This document shows, one piece after another, positions 37,460 to 46,268 of a stretch of DNA of 57,626 bases. Within the stretch, counting starts at the first letter, position 1. Each line of letters begins with the position of its first letter. Below the pieces are notes generated by a model. It did not search any database. It was not told where the DNA came from and was given only the letters and a program-made list of their open reading frames with translations. Source of the stretch: a virus. The stretch lies in IMG/VR virus record IMGVR_UViG_3300045988_064576. One strand, written 5' to 3'. The position numbers and the translations under genes were made by a program.

Positions 37460-37792
37460 CTATGTTGTACCGTCTGTATTGTTCTTATTTTTTGGATGCT
37501 CCAATTCATAATTTGCCTGCATAGCAAGAAGTCCAGCCAGAAACGCTTCGCGTTGCTTTTGCAAATCTTCTTCTCGCGTTTCCATAGCCAAGATAACAGG
37601 TTTTTTCATATATTTTCCTTTTGGATTTTTTGCGAAGTTTGCTTCGATTGCAACCGCAACTGCGGACATAGTATACTGACCGTTCATCCAATTAAGAGCA
37701 TCTATCTGTTTGATTTTTTGCTTATATCCGTCTCTTACATATTCCAGCTTACGCGGATTCATATGCTTAAATTCTTCATACGAAATTCCCAT
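37460..37792 (-). CDS. Tail assembly chaperone, -1 frame extension (gpT-like part)
   Basis: In the -1 frame relative to 37825-38310; that frame is open from the slippery site onwards. Confidence 0.55.
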   Translation of the reverse strand: MGISYEEFKHMNPRKLEYVRDGYKQKIKQIDALNWMNGQYTMSAVAVAIEANFAKNPKGKYMKKPVILAMETREEDLQKQREAFLAGLLAMQANYELEHPKNKNNTDGTT

Positions 37793-37824
37793 AGAATATG
37801 CCGAAGGAAAGAAACCCTTCCATA

Positions 37825-38310
37825 TTACTTCGCGGACGCTTTGGAACTCTTCTTGTGGTCTTGTGGCACTACCTTCTGTGTCTGTTCCGCATTCTCTTCC
37901 TGCTCCATTGCCTGATTCATGGTCTCGATCATTTTCTCGATTCCACTCATCACGAAAAAACCATCATCCTCCATGCATGGCATCAACACTTCGTTGTACA
38001 CGTCCGTGCAAGATTTCTTTTCCTGCTTCATATATTTCTTTAACAGAGCTTTTGCTTCATCCATAGAAACCGGGTTATGTTCCAAGCATCCTGCATAAAT
38101 AGCAAGCACGCAAATCTTAGGAATTGTGGCAAGCATCTCACTTGTTCCATCAAGCATTGCCACCGCAATATTGTTTCCTGCCTGTGCCGACCGTGCAACA
38201 TAAAGACCGGATTTAACCTCAAACATTTTCTGCACAAGGTCACCCAATTCTACTGCATCGAAACCAAACTCTAACTTATATTCTTTTCCATCAACTGTAA
38301 TTGTTTTCAT
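37825..38310 (-). CDS. Tail assembly chaperone (gpG-like)
   Basis: Start ATG 38310 (MKTITVDGKEYKLEF); lies between the major tail and tape measure genes. Confidence 0.6.
   Translation of the reverse strand: MKTITVDGKEYKLEFGFDAVELGDLVQKMFEVKSGLYVARSAQAGNNIAVAMLDGTSEMLATIPKICVLAIYAGCLEHNPVSMDEAKALLKKYMKQEKKSCTDVYNEVLMPCMEDDGFFVMSGIEKMIETMNQAMEQEENAEQTQKVVPQDHKKSSKASAK
37954..37960 (-). promoter_or_regulatory. Programmed -1 ribosomal frameshift heptamer U UUU UUC
   Basis: Minus sense GGT TTT TTC in frame 0. The -1 frame has no stop from here into 37460-37792. Confidence 0.6.
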
Positions 38311-38484
38311 AATTAAATACCTTTTACCTTTCCTCCTATGTCTTTCACATAGGAAAGGGGCAGACCGAAGTCCGCCCTTTCTGTGCAATGTTTAATTATT
38401 CATCAACATACGATGAATAGCTGTTTACCGCATTCGATTCTTCGTCACTCATCACTGCGGTATCAGAATCTAACGAGTGACTAA

Positions 38485-38961
38485 CTATTCCCCCGGTGTA
38501 AATGCCACGGATTCGTCCATTCCCTTATACTCTTCAATCGTAAGATTCATCTCGATTGTAAGCAATTCGTTCTGTCCGATTTCCGGCTGTGGAATCTGCT
38601 CCGGTGGCTGTGCTACAACAAAGAACGACTTCTCAATTCCCGGAATGATCGTCTCAAACCACATTCTCTTTCCACCAGACAATGCCTTGTACTCTGTGAT
38701 AAGAGCCTGCCATTCTGCGATTGTCTCCGCCGTAAAGTTTACTGTTACAGGGAATGAACCACCTGTGTCAGCACGTCCTTTAACGTATCTTGTTGTTGTA
38801 TCTTCCAACGCAGATGCATCAATCTGTTCCGGGTCGATCGTGATTCCACCCAATGCGTTGATACGTGTCAACTGCTTAAAGGATGTTGGTTTTGTTCCAG
38901 CGGTTGCTTCTGTACCATAGCCGAATGTAATTTCAAGTGTTGAAATACCTGCTGCTGCCAT
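38485..38961 (-). CDS. Major tail protein
   Basis: 158 aa; MAAAGISTLEITFGYGTEATAGTKPTSFKQL; position upstream of the chaperones. Confidence 0.65.
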   Translation of the reverse strand: MAAAGISTLEITFGYGTEATAGTKPTSFKQLTRINALGGITIDPEQIDASALEDTTTRYVKGRADTGGSFPVTVNFTAETIAEWQALITEYKALSGGKRMWFETIIPGIEKSFFVVAQPPEQIPQPEIGQNELLTIEMNLTIEEYKGMDESVAFTPGE

Positions 38962-39019
38962 CTTCTTTTACCTCCTTAAAAATATGCATAAAAAAAGAAC
39001 CCGAAAACAGGTTCTTAAA

Positions 39020-39457
39020 TTATTTATCCATCAATCTATCATTTGCTCCGAGTATTCTTCTAAATCTCGCAACGCTTCTGTATACTGTTCCGTCAGACTT
39101 AAATTCCGGCATTGACGTTACTTCAAACCTCATTGTCTTAAATACGTCTGCGACTATTGCAAGCATAAGCTTCGCATCATACTGTGATGTGTTCGTGAAC
39201 GTTTGAACCTCAAACGTGGTTAAAACACCATTGATATTTTGACCGTCTAGCGTCCGACCTTGCTCTGTTCCTGGCAATTCGTGAACGTATATAGTCGGAA
39301 ATGTTGGTTTTGACAATCTGCTTTCGAGATTGGTGATCGTAACACCTTGTTGCCACTTCATACTTGGAAATTTCTTTCTTAAATTCGGGATAGCGTATGA
39401 GTTGAGAATACCTAAAACTTTTGTTTCATTTTCGTACGCCCATGTATTATCAACCAT
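39020..39457 (-). CDS. Tail completion/terminator-like protein (assigned by position)
   Basis: ORF track 145 aa. Confidence 0.4.
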   Translation of the reverse strand: MVDNTWAYENETKVLGILNSYAIPNLRKKFPSMKWQQGVTITNLESRLSKPTFPTIYVHELPGTEQGRTLDGQNINGVLTTFEVQTFTNTSQYDAKLMLAIVADVFKTMRFEVTSMPEFKSDGTVYRSVARFRRILGANDRLMDK

Positions 39458-40025
39458 TCTTGAATACCTCTTTTACAGTTTTCTCAACCAATTTCATAAG
39501 TTGAAGCGATGTGTAATACATAAAAGGTCTGCTTGGCATACCCTTTGTGATATGCAGTTTCCCATCATCGCCGATATAAGTCCAATAATATTCCCCAGCC
39601 TTAACAAACGTATCTCCATTTATAGATATGTCTTGCGTAGCCTGTCTAATTGTCTTACCACTTGCATAGTCCCACGTTACGCCGTCCGGAAATTCTCCCG
39701 GATAAGGATGCTCTTGACCAACAATTCCGGTTCCGAACTCAACCATCAACGCATGATCCGTACCAGCCACAACCGCCCATACACCGCCACCCTTGACACT
39801 TCTAACATATTCAGAGTGAATGCTTTTAATCAAATCTTGATTAAATATCGCATCAAGGTCTGCAATCTGTACTCTCGCAATCTCTACGCCTTTTTCAGCC
39901 AACTTTTGAGCCACCATCTGACATTTATACGTCAAACTATTTTGGTAGTCTCTAAGCTGTTTTATAGCGTTCTGAATGCTTGATTGAGACAGACAATTCA
40001 TACTGATTGTCTTTTTACGTGCCAT
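39450..40025 (-). CDS. HK97 gp10-like tail-component protein
   Basis: 191 aa; resemblance and position only. Confidence 0.45.
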   Translation of the reverse strand: MARKKTISMNCLSQSSIQNAIKQLRDYQNSLTYKCQMVAQKLAEKGVEIARVQIADLDAIFNQDLIKSIHSEYVRSVKGGGVWAVVAGTDHALMVEFGTGIVGQEHPYPGEFPDGVTWDYASGKTIRQATQDISINGDTFVKAGEYYWTYIGDDGKLHITKGMPSRPFMYYTSLQLMKLVEKTVKEVFKNG

Positions 40026-40033
40026 GCCATCAC

Positions 40034-40516
40034 CTACTCTGCGTTCTTCACATTCTTACGGAGCAAATAAAGGTCAACTGTCAATCCTTCATCTGCCACG
40101 CCCTTTACGATGTAATCTGCCGACGTGGAATCAATGATCGTCTTGTCGTTTTCCTTATAGCCAACTTCCGACCGCTTCCATATCAATGAACCTTCCACAA
40201 GTGGAAATGCGTTTTTGTCTGTAACTAACTGTGCATAATTGGTTGAATCATCTATTCCAAACTCTTTAGCTGTTGCTTCGCTTAGCTTGTTACTTATGGA
40301 TGAATAAAAAATAACAGGCTCCGTATATGCTTCAATCGGTTCTCCTGTTACTTCTGGTATCTTATTGCCATCTTCATCCAAATATGGAATAAACGTGCCA
40401 TCATCGTCTGTATATCCGGTATATATGATATTCCCATCATCGTCACGTCTGTACTGCGGTTGCAATCCAAGGCTAAGTGAATACATCATCTTTTGCTTGT
40501 TGATTTCCAACGACAT
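40034..40516 (-). CDS. Head-tail joining protein (assigned by position)
   Basis: ORF track 160 aa. Confidence 0.4.
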   Translation of the reverse strand: MSLEINKQKMMYSLSLGLQPQYRRDDDGNIIYTGYTDDDGTFIPYLDEDGNKIPEVTGEPIEAYTEPVIFYSSISNKLSEATAKEFGIDDSTNYAQLVTDKNAFPLVEGSLIWKRSEVGYKENDKTIIDSTSADYIVKGVADEGLTVDLYLLRKNVKNAE

Positions 40517-40828
40517 TTACTTCACATCCTTACCGAAACGTTTCCATAATTCAGATAGCTTTTCCCATCCGAACATGGCAACAAAGGCCACAATAAATCC
40601 TGCAATTACGGATGCAACGATCATATACCATAGCATTTCAGCTTTGATATACTGCATATAAGCGATGAACGCTGTTACAGTAAGAGCGATTGAAAGCACA
40701 AATACAACCAAGTCTGTTGGTACACTCTTAAATATGCCTTTAATTACCTGTGTAATTACAGACACAGTAAATGCTAAACCTCCAACTACAGCAAGTAAAA
40801 TAGTTGCGTTGCTTAATAATTCCTGCAT
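40517..40828 (-). CDS. Holin-like protein with three transmembrane helices
   Basis: 103 aa; helices ILLAVVGGLAFTVSVI, LVVFVLSIALTVTAFIAY and MIVASVIAGFIVAFVAMF; charged C-terminus. Confidence 0.55.
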   Translation of the reverse strand: MQELLSNATILLAVVGGLAFTVSVITQVIKGIFKSVPTDLVVFVLSIALTVTAFIAYMQYIKAEMLWYMIVASVIAGFIVAFVAMFGWEKLSELWKRFGKDVK

Positions 40829-41133
40829 TATTCTTTACCTCCGTTCTTTAAGTGTATTTGCTTAATTTCCTCATACATTTTTGTTATCATTCCGTTTCCG
40901 CCAAGAGCGTGATAAGCGTCGTACATTTCAGAGAAATTCTGATATGCGTAAGATGGTATCTCTCCCAGCGAAACGTATTTATCGTGGTACTCTATAAGCT
41001 GCACACGCAAAAGTAACATTGTTCCTTTGCTGTTTGCATCCTTATCTTTCTTTTGTTGCTTTAGAAGCCAGACAATATATCCGAGCATTATCGGAAGAAC
41101 GACTGTATATGTCTGTAACAAAAACTCTTTCAT
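40828..41133 (-). CDS. Single-pass membrane protein
   Basis: Start ATG 41133 after TAGGAG; YTVVLPIMLGYIVWLL transmembrane helix, then a basic stretch. Confidence 0.5.
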   Translation of the reverse strand: MKEFLLQTYTVVLPIMLGYIVWLLKQQKKDKDANSKGTMLLLRVQLIEYHDKYVSLGEIPSYAYQNFSEMYDAYHALGGNGMITKMYEEIKQIHLKNGGKE

Positions 41134-41238
41134 TCTGTAGCTCCTATTTTCTTTTAGTTGATGTGCCGCCCACCACCCTTGATGCACACCGCCTGCTACC
41201 GCATCTGCACTGCAAACACAATAACGCACAATCTTCTT

Positions 41239-41610
41239 TTATAATGCCTTTACAAACGGATATACACCCACAAACAAGCTGTCTCTGTCTTTCCAGCTAC
41301 GGCTTACGCCGTTTTCTGAATAACTTGCCATATAGGCTTCTCCTGCCTGTGAATGGTCGTACACGGCTAAATTGACGATTACATCTTCAAACTGTTTCAA
41401 GTCTTCGGATATTTTTTCATCCGTGTAGCTTTCCGGGTAATTCCGCTTGCTTACCACTTCATTTCTTGCCTGCTTGATAAGCTGTTCGATGTAAGGGTTA
41501 TCTTCTTTCTTGTCGAACACAACAACATCAGAAGTAACACCATCTTCATCCGTAACGGTTTCAATATGAAATTGTTTCAATCGAATTTTGACTTGTTCTA
41601 ATGTTGTCAT
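41239..41610 (-). CDS. Head-tail connector (gp6-like)
   Basis: MTTLEQVKIRLKQ..., typical of phage gp6-like connectors (from memory); position. Confidence 0.5.
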   Translation of the reverse strand: MTTLEQVKIRLKQFHIETVTDEDGVTSDVVVFDKKEDNPYIEQLIKQARNEVVSKRNYPESYTDEKISEDLKQFEDVIVNLAVYDHSQAGEAYMASYSENGVSRSWKDRDSLFVGVYPFVKAL

Positions 41611-41620
41611 ATTTATTCTC

Positions 41621-41881
41621 CTATAAGCCCAAAACGCTAATCAAACAATCTTTCAGCTCTTCGCCTGTTTTTTCTTCTGCATCTTCAATTCCGTATTCAG
41701 AAGCAAGTTCTCTAAGATTTCCAACAGGCATACGCTTAATTTCTGTCTTTGTAAAATTTTTTGACGGCGGCGTCATAAAGTCAGAAGTATCAGAGGAAGT
41801 GTTTTTATCCACTTCCTCTTCAATCTCATCTCCAGCTTGATACCACACGCCATTATATTTAATGCCGTATTCAGCGATCAT
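41621..41881 (-). CDS. Small protein with Rho_N/SAP-like helix-hairpin
   Basis: MPVGNLRELASEYGIEDAEEKTGEELKDCL. Confidence 0.45.
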   Translation of the reverse strand: MIAEYGIKYNGVWYQAGDEIEEEVDKNTSSDTSDFMTPPSKNFTKTEIKRMPVGNLRELASEYGIEDAEEKTGEELKDCLISVLGL

Positions 41882-41884
41882 AGG

Positions 41885-42973
41885 CTACTCCTTAACCTTC
41901 ATTACAAGCACGCTATCCATTCCCTCAAATGTAGGCAGACCAATCATAGATACTACGCAATGAGTATTGATTGGATGATTTGTTGCGTATGTGTAAACAG
42001 ATACACCTGTCTCGACAATAGACAGATTTCCGTCCGTGAGACTTCCGCTTCTCTCTTCTGGTGTCTTACCAAATACATAATCGCCAAGGAAAACGCCTGC
42101 TGTCTGTGCAGATACAATTCCTGTTGGCACAAAATACTTGGTTGTTCCGGTTTCATCAATATACAGTTTGTCGTATACCTCAATCTCGATTCCGTATCCA
42201 CGAAGATACTCTGTAACCTGTGCCTGCTGCAATCTGATACCGCCATTATAAGCTGTGATACCAAGCACCTGTTTCTTTGTGTCCTCTGCCTTGAGTACCA
42301 TCTCCCATGTCTCGGTGTTCATGGTGAATCTTGTCAGAGAATAGCCTGTAGCCTTTGCGAAATCTCTACGTGCTGTAATCAGATCATCAAGAGGTGCCGC
42401 TGTTGAAGGCTTATCCCATGTGCTTGTTCCTGTAATAGCCTTGAAGTGATTTTGTTTATGTTCTGCTCCTTCATCCGATGTATAATCAACATAATATGGC
42501 TTGTTGTCGATAACGACCTTTACTCTTGGAATACCATCTTCCGGTGCAAGCAACTGCCAAATCTGTCTCTCTGGTACAACAAGCGCGCCCTCGATGAGGT
42601 TCATAGGTTTCTTGCTGATTTCTCTAAGGACATCATTTGCAAGGCTTGAATTTTCTGCGCTTCTGTAGTTGTCGTAATCCTGCTCTTCTCTCTCGGTAAC
42701 CATATATGATTCCCGGTAAAAAGGCATTTCATTTTGAATGTCAGAGAAACCTCCAACATCTCTCAACTCTGCCTGTGCATCAAAGTTAGATGCCTTTAAT
42801 GAAACCGGAAGTCCGTTCTTTCCCTTAATGAATCTAAGAGAAAGAGAACTCTGCTTTCTCGTTCCGAACTTTTGTCTGCCTAAGTAAGGGGCAGAACCTA
42901 ATGTTTTTTGATAGTTATCCCACATCACGCCAAGGCTTCTCGCTGTGAATGCTTCTGATAATGGTAATGCCAT
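41885..42973 (-). CDS. Major capsid protein (protein E-like family)
   Basis: 362 aa; follows the scaffold and decoration genes; N-terminal MALPLSEAFTARSLGVMWDNY. Confidence 0.8.
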   Translation of the reverse strand: MALPLSEAFTARSLGVMWDNYQKTLGSAPYLGRQKFGTRKQSSLSLRFIKGKNGLPVSLKASNFDAQAELRDVGGFSDIQNEMPFYRESYMVTEREEQDYDNYRSAENSSLANDVLREISKKPMNLIEGALVVPERQIWQLLAPEDGIPRVKVVIDNKPYYVDYTSDEGAEHKQNHFKAITGTSTWDKPSTAAPLDDLITARRDFAKATGYSLTRFTMNTETWEMVLKAEDTKKQVLGITAYNGGIRLQQAQVTEYLRGYGIEIEVYDKLYIDETGTTKYFVPTGIVSAQTAGVFLGDYVFGKTPEERSGSLTDGNLSIVETGVSVYTYATNHPINTHCVVSMIGLPTFEGMDSVLVMKVKE

Positions 42974-42986
42974 GTTCTTCTACCTC

Positions 42987-43343
42987 CTAAACACTTTCTG
43001 TTGTAGCTTTAATTGCCGGCGCACCATAGAATGTTACTCTTGGTGTTGCCGATCTTGCCTTGTCTGTAATTGAAAGTCCTGTAACCTTAGTCCAATCAAT
43101 CGTTCCTTGATATACATATGTTCCCGGAGCATCTCCCTGTGTCACATCAACGTCGTGGAGTAAATATCCAACGCAGTTTTCGTCGTTGCTTGGGAACGGC
43201 GTGCCAGCTTTTACAATTTTTCTTCCGTTTTCGTCCGGGCTTGATACGGATGCCTGTGTTACAAGGCACGCTGCGCCTTCATACGGAAAAAACTTCAAAA
43301 TTCCTTTTTCCTGAGAAAAATCTCTTACGATTGGTTTTCCCAT
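42987..43343 (-). CDS. Head decoration-like protein (assigned by position)
   Basis: ORF track 118 aa, between scaffold and capsid. Confidence 0.4.
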   Translation of the reverse strand: MGKPIVRDFSQEKGILKFFPYEGAACLVTQASVSSPDENGRKIVKAGTPFPSNDENCVGYLLHDVDVTQGDAPGTYVYQGTIDWTKVTGLSITDKARSATPRVTFYGAPAIKATTESV

Positions 43344-43358
43344 CGTCTCTACCTCCTG

Positions 43359-43910
43359 TTAAATCACATAACTGTTTTTTGCTTCTGAATTAGATGCTGG
43401 ATTGCCAAATGTTATTTTTTCTGCATTTTCAACATCTGCTGTCTTATCTTTATCTTTGCCACCAGCACTTCCACCGCCCGGTACATCTTGATTCTTAGCA
43501 ATCTCTTGTTCCTTTGCTTGTGCAGCGGCTGTCTCTTTGTCGGACATAATCTTTCCAAGAGATTCATAATCAAGGCTTCCATCGTCCTTGACTACTGTCT
43601 TTGCCTGCTCAGCCGTAATCTTGAAGTTAGTCATTGCGGCTTCTCTCTGATCTCTAATTGCATTGTCCTTCTGTAACTTTGCGATCTGTTCATTTGCCGC
43701 TTCCAAAGCTTTATTTGCTTTCTCAACTTCCGTCAGCTGACCGGCTTCTAATTCGTCAAGCTTTTTCTGCAATTCATCAGCCGTTCCAGCCTTTGCTTTA
43801 TACTCATTAGCTTTAGCATTTGCTTTCTGAATTGAGCTTCCATAATCTGCCATGATCTTGTCTGCGTTTTCGTCACTAACTCCCATAGCGATCAATTCTT
43901 CTCTTGTCAT
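43359..43910 (-). CDS. Scaffolding protein (GP20-like)
   Basis: Start ATG 43910 after GGAGGT; helical, K/E/A-rich. Confidence 0.65.
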   Translation of the reverse strand: MTREELIAMGVSDENADKIMADYGSSIQKANAKANEYKAKAGTADELQKKLDELEAGQLTEVEKANKALEAANEQIAKLQKDNAIRDQREAAMTNFKITAEQAKTVVKDDGSLDYESLGKIMSDKETAAAQAKEQEIAKNQDVPGGGSAGGKDKDKTADVENAEKITFGNPASNSEAKNSYVI

Positions 43911-44023
43911 AATTACCTCCGACATGTCATACGAATTTTTATACGGTGCAACGACACCGAGTGACATTGCTGTTTTATACGCTCACAGCTTTGCGAATTT
44001 ATAAAAATAAAAGCAACTACCGA

Positions 44024-45460
44024 TTATTCAGTAATTGCTTTATCTTTCTTATTCATTTGATCTACTATTTCTTGTGCCTTTGCTTTTTGCGCTTCTGCAT
44101 CATCAATAGTCTTATACAGATTTTCGAGATACGGTTTCGACAAGTTAAATGTCTTTTCTGCGTCTCCCCACAATCCAACTGTTGCTATCGCAATAAGCGG
44201 ATGTATTCCGGCTTGAAGCAATACTGTAAGTGTTTGTGCCTTGGTGTACATATTATCCTGTGGACTATGATTGATCTGCACGTCAAAATCTCTTATTGAC
44301 AACTTTAGATCCTTATCATTTACTCTAAGGATATTTAACACGACATTTGCAAGCCGTTTTTCTGCCGATTTAACAATAGGGTCTTTCAGTTTTGCTCTTG
44401 TCTTAGAGAAGTCCCAGCCATTACGAAGTTCTACGGCTCCTTGTGTATCTCCGCCGGTATTCCCTTGTTTGTTTGGTATTGCCAAAATAGATAGTGTATT
44501 ATCCCATATATCATCTTTTGCAACTTGGCATTGTGTTTGGTTCAATTCCTGTGTCATAATATCGACGTCGGATTTATTATCTCCATTGTTTGACTTTACT
44601 ACCAAAGCATGGCTTTTCTTCATTTTCTCGAACTCTGTCTCGTCGATTTGGCAATTCACGAATTTTATCCAATATTGTACAAACTGTTCAACGCCATCCA
44701 TTCTATTGGACTGCATATTGTTTATCGCATCCAGCATACCAATAACAAGCTCGATATCGGAAATTCTTTCGTGATTGTTAGGGAACTCAACAATCGGTAT
44801 TCCGCCGTATGTGTGAAGTTTGCTCTCAATCAATTTTCCGTCTTGAATCTTATAAGATGTCGTATCGGAAAATGCTAATTTATACCAATTTCCGTTTTCG
44901 TCTTTCAACTCCTGAACGGAAAGCATCGGCTCTTCTGTGCTATCGTTATAGATTGTGAAAGTATTCATCGGTGTTGGTGCCACAATTAAAAATGGAACAT
45001 CTGAATTTGCTTTAGGTCTTGCCGCCTTAAATGATGTTCCTGTTGCGGATTGCCACTCTCCAGCTTTGATGTCTTTTTCTTGCTTGTTTGCATCTGCCAT
45101 AAAATCATTGAGCATATCCACAGCCTTGTTGACTGCTTCATCATCTTTTCGGCTAATAAATTGAATCGGCTCGCCGTAGGTCTGCCCCACTTTGAACTGA
45201 ACAATTTCGTATGCATGATTTTCCACGATTCTGTTTGTGATATCTTCATTTGTTAACTTCTGTCGATACAAAATCGGTTGATCTCCCTTGTAATAATTCC
45301 AAAGATATCGGATAACAGATTTGTTGTAGTAAAATGTTCCAATGCATTCTCCAATAACTTTGACAACATTATCTGCGGTTATCTTATCTACGCTTGTATA
45401 TGCAATTTTTCTTCCATATCGACCTTGAACAAGGTCTTGGAGATACATTCTATTGTTCAT
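44024..45460 (-). CDS. Portal protein (SPP1 gp6-like)
   Basis: 478 aa; YLWNYYKGDQPIL; position. Confidence 0.85.
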   Translation of the reverse strand: MNNRMYLQDLVQGRYGRKIAYTSVDKITADNVVKVIGECIGTFYYNKSVIRYLWNYYKGDQPILYRQKLTNEDITNRIVENHAYEIVQFKVGQTYGEPIQFISRKDDEAVNKAVDMLNDFMADANKQEKDIKAGEWQSATGTSFKAARPKANSDVPFLIVAPTPMNTFTIYNDSTEEPMLSVQELKDENGNWYKLAFSDTTSYKIQDGKLIESKLHTYGGIPIVEFPNNHERISDIELVIGMLDAINNMQSNRMDGVEQFVQYWIKFVNCQIDETEFEKMKKSHALVVKSNNGDNKSDVDIMTQELNQTQCQVAKDDIWDNTLSILAIPNKQGNTGGDTQGAVELRNGWDFSKTRAKLKDPIVKSAEKRLANVVLNILRVNDKDLKLSIRDFDVQINHSPQDNMYTKAQTLTVLLQAGIHPLIAIATVGLWGDAEKTFNLSKPYLENLYKTIDDAEAQKAKAQEIVDQMNKKDKAITE

Positions 45461-45469
45461 CTGCTACAC

Positions 45470-45661
45470 CTAAATAATCGTTACTCCGCTTGATACTTCT
45501 CTCTGCGGTCTGTCTTTTATCTTTATCTCATTATCTGCCGGATTGAAAGAAATTCTTTTTCCGCATTTCCGGCAACTATATGTCATTATGAATGATGACC
45601 GCCCATCATAGATGCCAACCTTACGTTTGCATCTCGGACAGTAAATTGTTTTACTTTTCAT
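45470..45661 (-). CDS. Com-like zinc-ribbon protein
   Basis: CPRCKRKV...CRKCGKRI. Confidence 0.45.
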   Translation of the reverse strand: MKSKTIYCPRCKRKVGIYDGRSSFIMTYSCRKCGKRISFNPADNEIKIKDRPQREVSSGVTII

Positions 45662-45803
45662 CCTATGCTCCTAAAAAATTGCATTAAAAAAGCACCGCGA
45701 TAACGTCACGATGCTTTTCCAAGGATTTTTCTGTGAAAGAAATTGAAATGTCTTTAGACAACATTTGCAGTTTAACTATACTATATGTGCGGTAGCGAAA
45801 CAA

Positions 45804-45851
45804 TATGCAAACATACGCAAAATAACGCAAATGTACGCAAACTTACGCATA
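45804..45851 (-). repeat. Five TTTGCRTA repeats with exact 10-bp phasing
   Basis: Plus-strand TAYGCAAA units start at 45804, 45814, 45824, 45834 and 45844. Confidence 0.85.
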
Positions 45852-46268
45852 ATATAATTTTCCAAACATTTTTTCGAATGTTTTCATTGCTTTTGATTTA
45901 AGTAAATCAACTTTTCTCGTGCTACAATTCTTAAACTTTGCACACTCTTTTATGTTATATCCATCAACAAAGTATAAATGCAGTATCTCATACTGTTCCA
46001 TATCTTCCATCTGGTCGATCTGCTTAATAATTTCTTGCTTCTTTGCCACGTAAATATCAATCAAATGGTCGATTTCTTTTTCCGTGTCAATAATCTTTGC
46101 AACGGTATCTCCCAACTTGTCACGCTTAATAGAAGTTTGCACTCGCTCGCCATCACCGGTACCACCTGTAGATGTCGCAATTTCACGTAGCCGATTTTTT
46201 TCTGCAATCTTCCTGTCAATCTTAATATCAAATTCTTTGATTTGCGATAAGTATTTTGCTGTTGTCAT
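45843..46268 (-). CDS. Sigma-70 region-4-like late regulator (DUF1492-like)
   Basis: C-terminal YEILHLYFVDGYNIKECAKFKNCSTRKVDLLKSKAMKTF. Confidence 0.5.
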   Translation of the reverse strand: MTTAKYLSQIKEFDIKIDRKIAEKNRLREIATSTGGTGDGERVQTSIKRDKLGDTVAKIIDTEKEIDHLIDIYVAKKQEIIKQIDQMEDMEQYEILHLYFVDGYNIKECAKFKNCSTRKVDLLKSKAMKTFEKMFGKLYYA

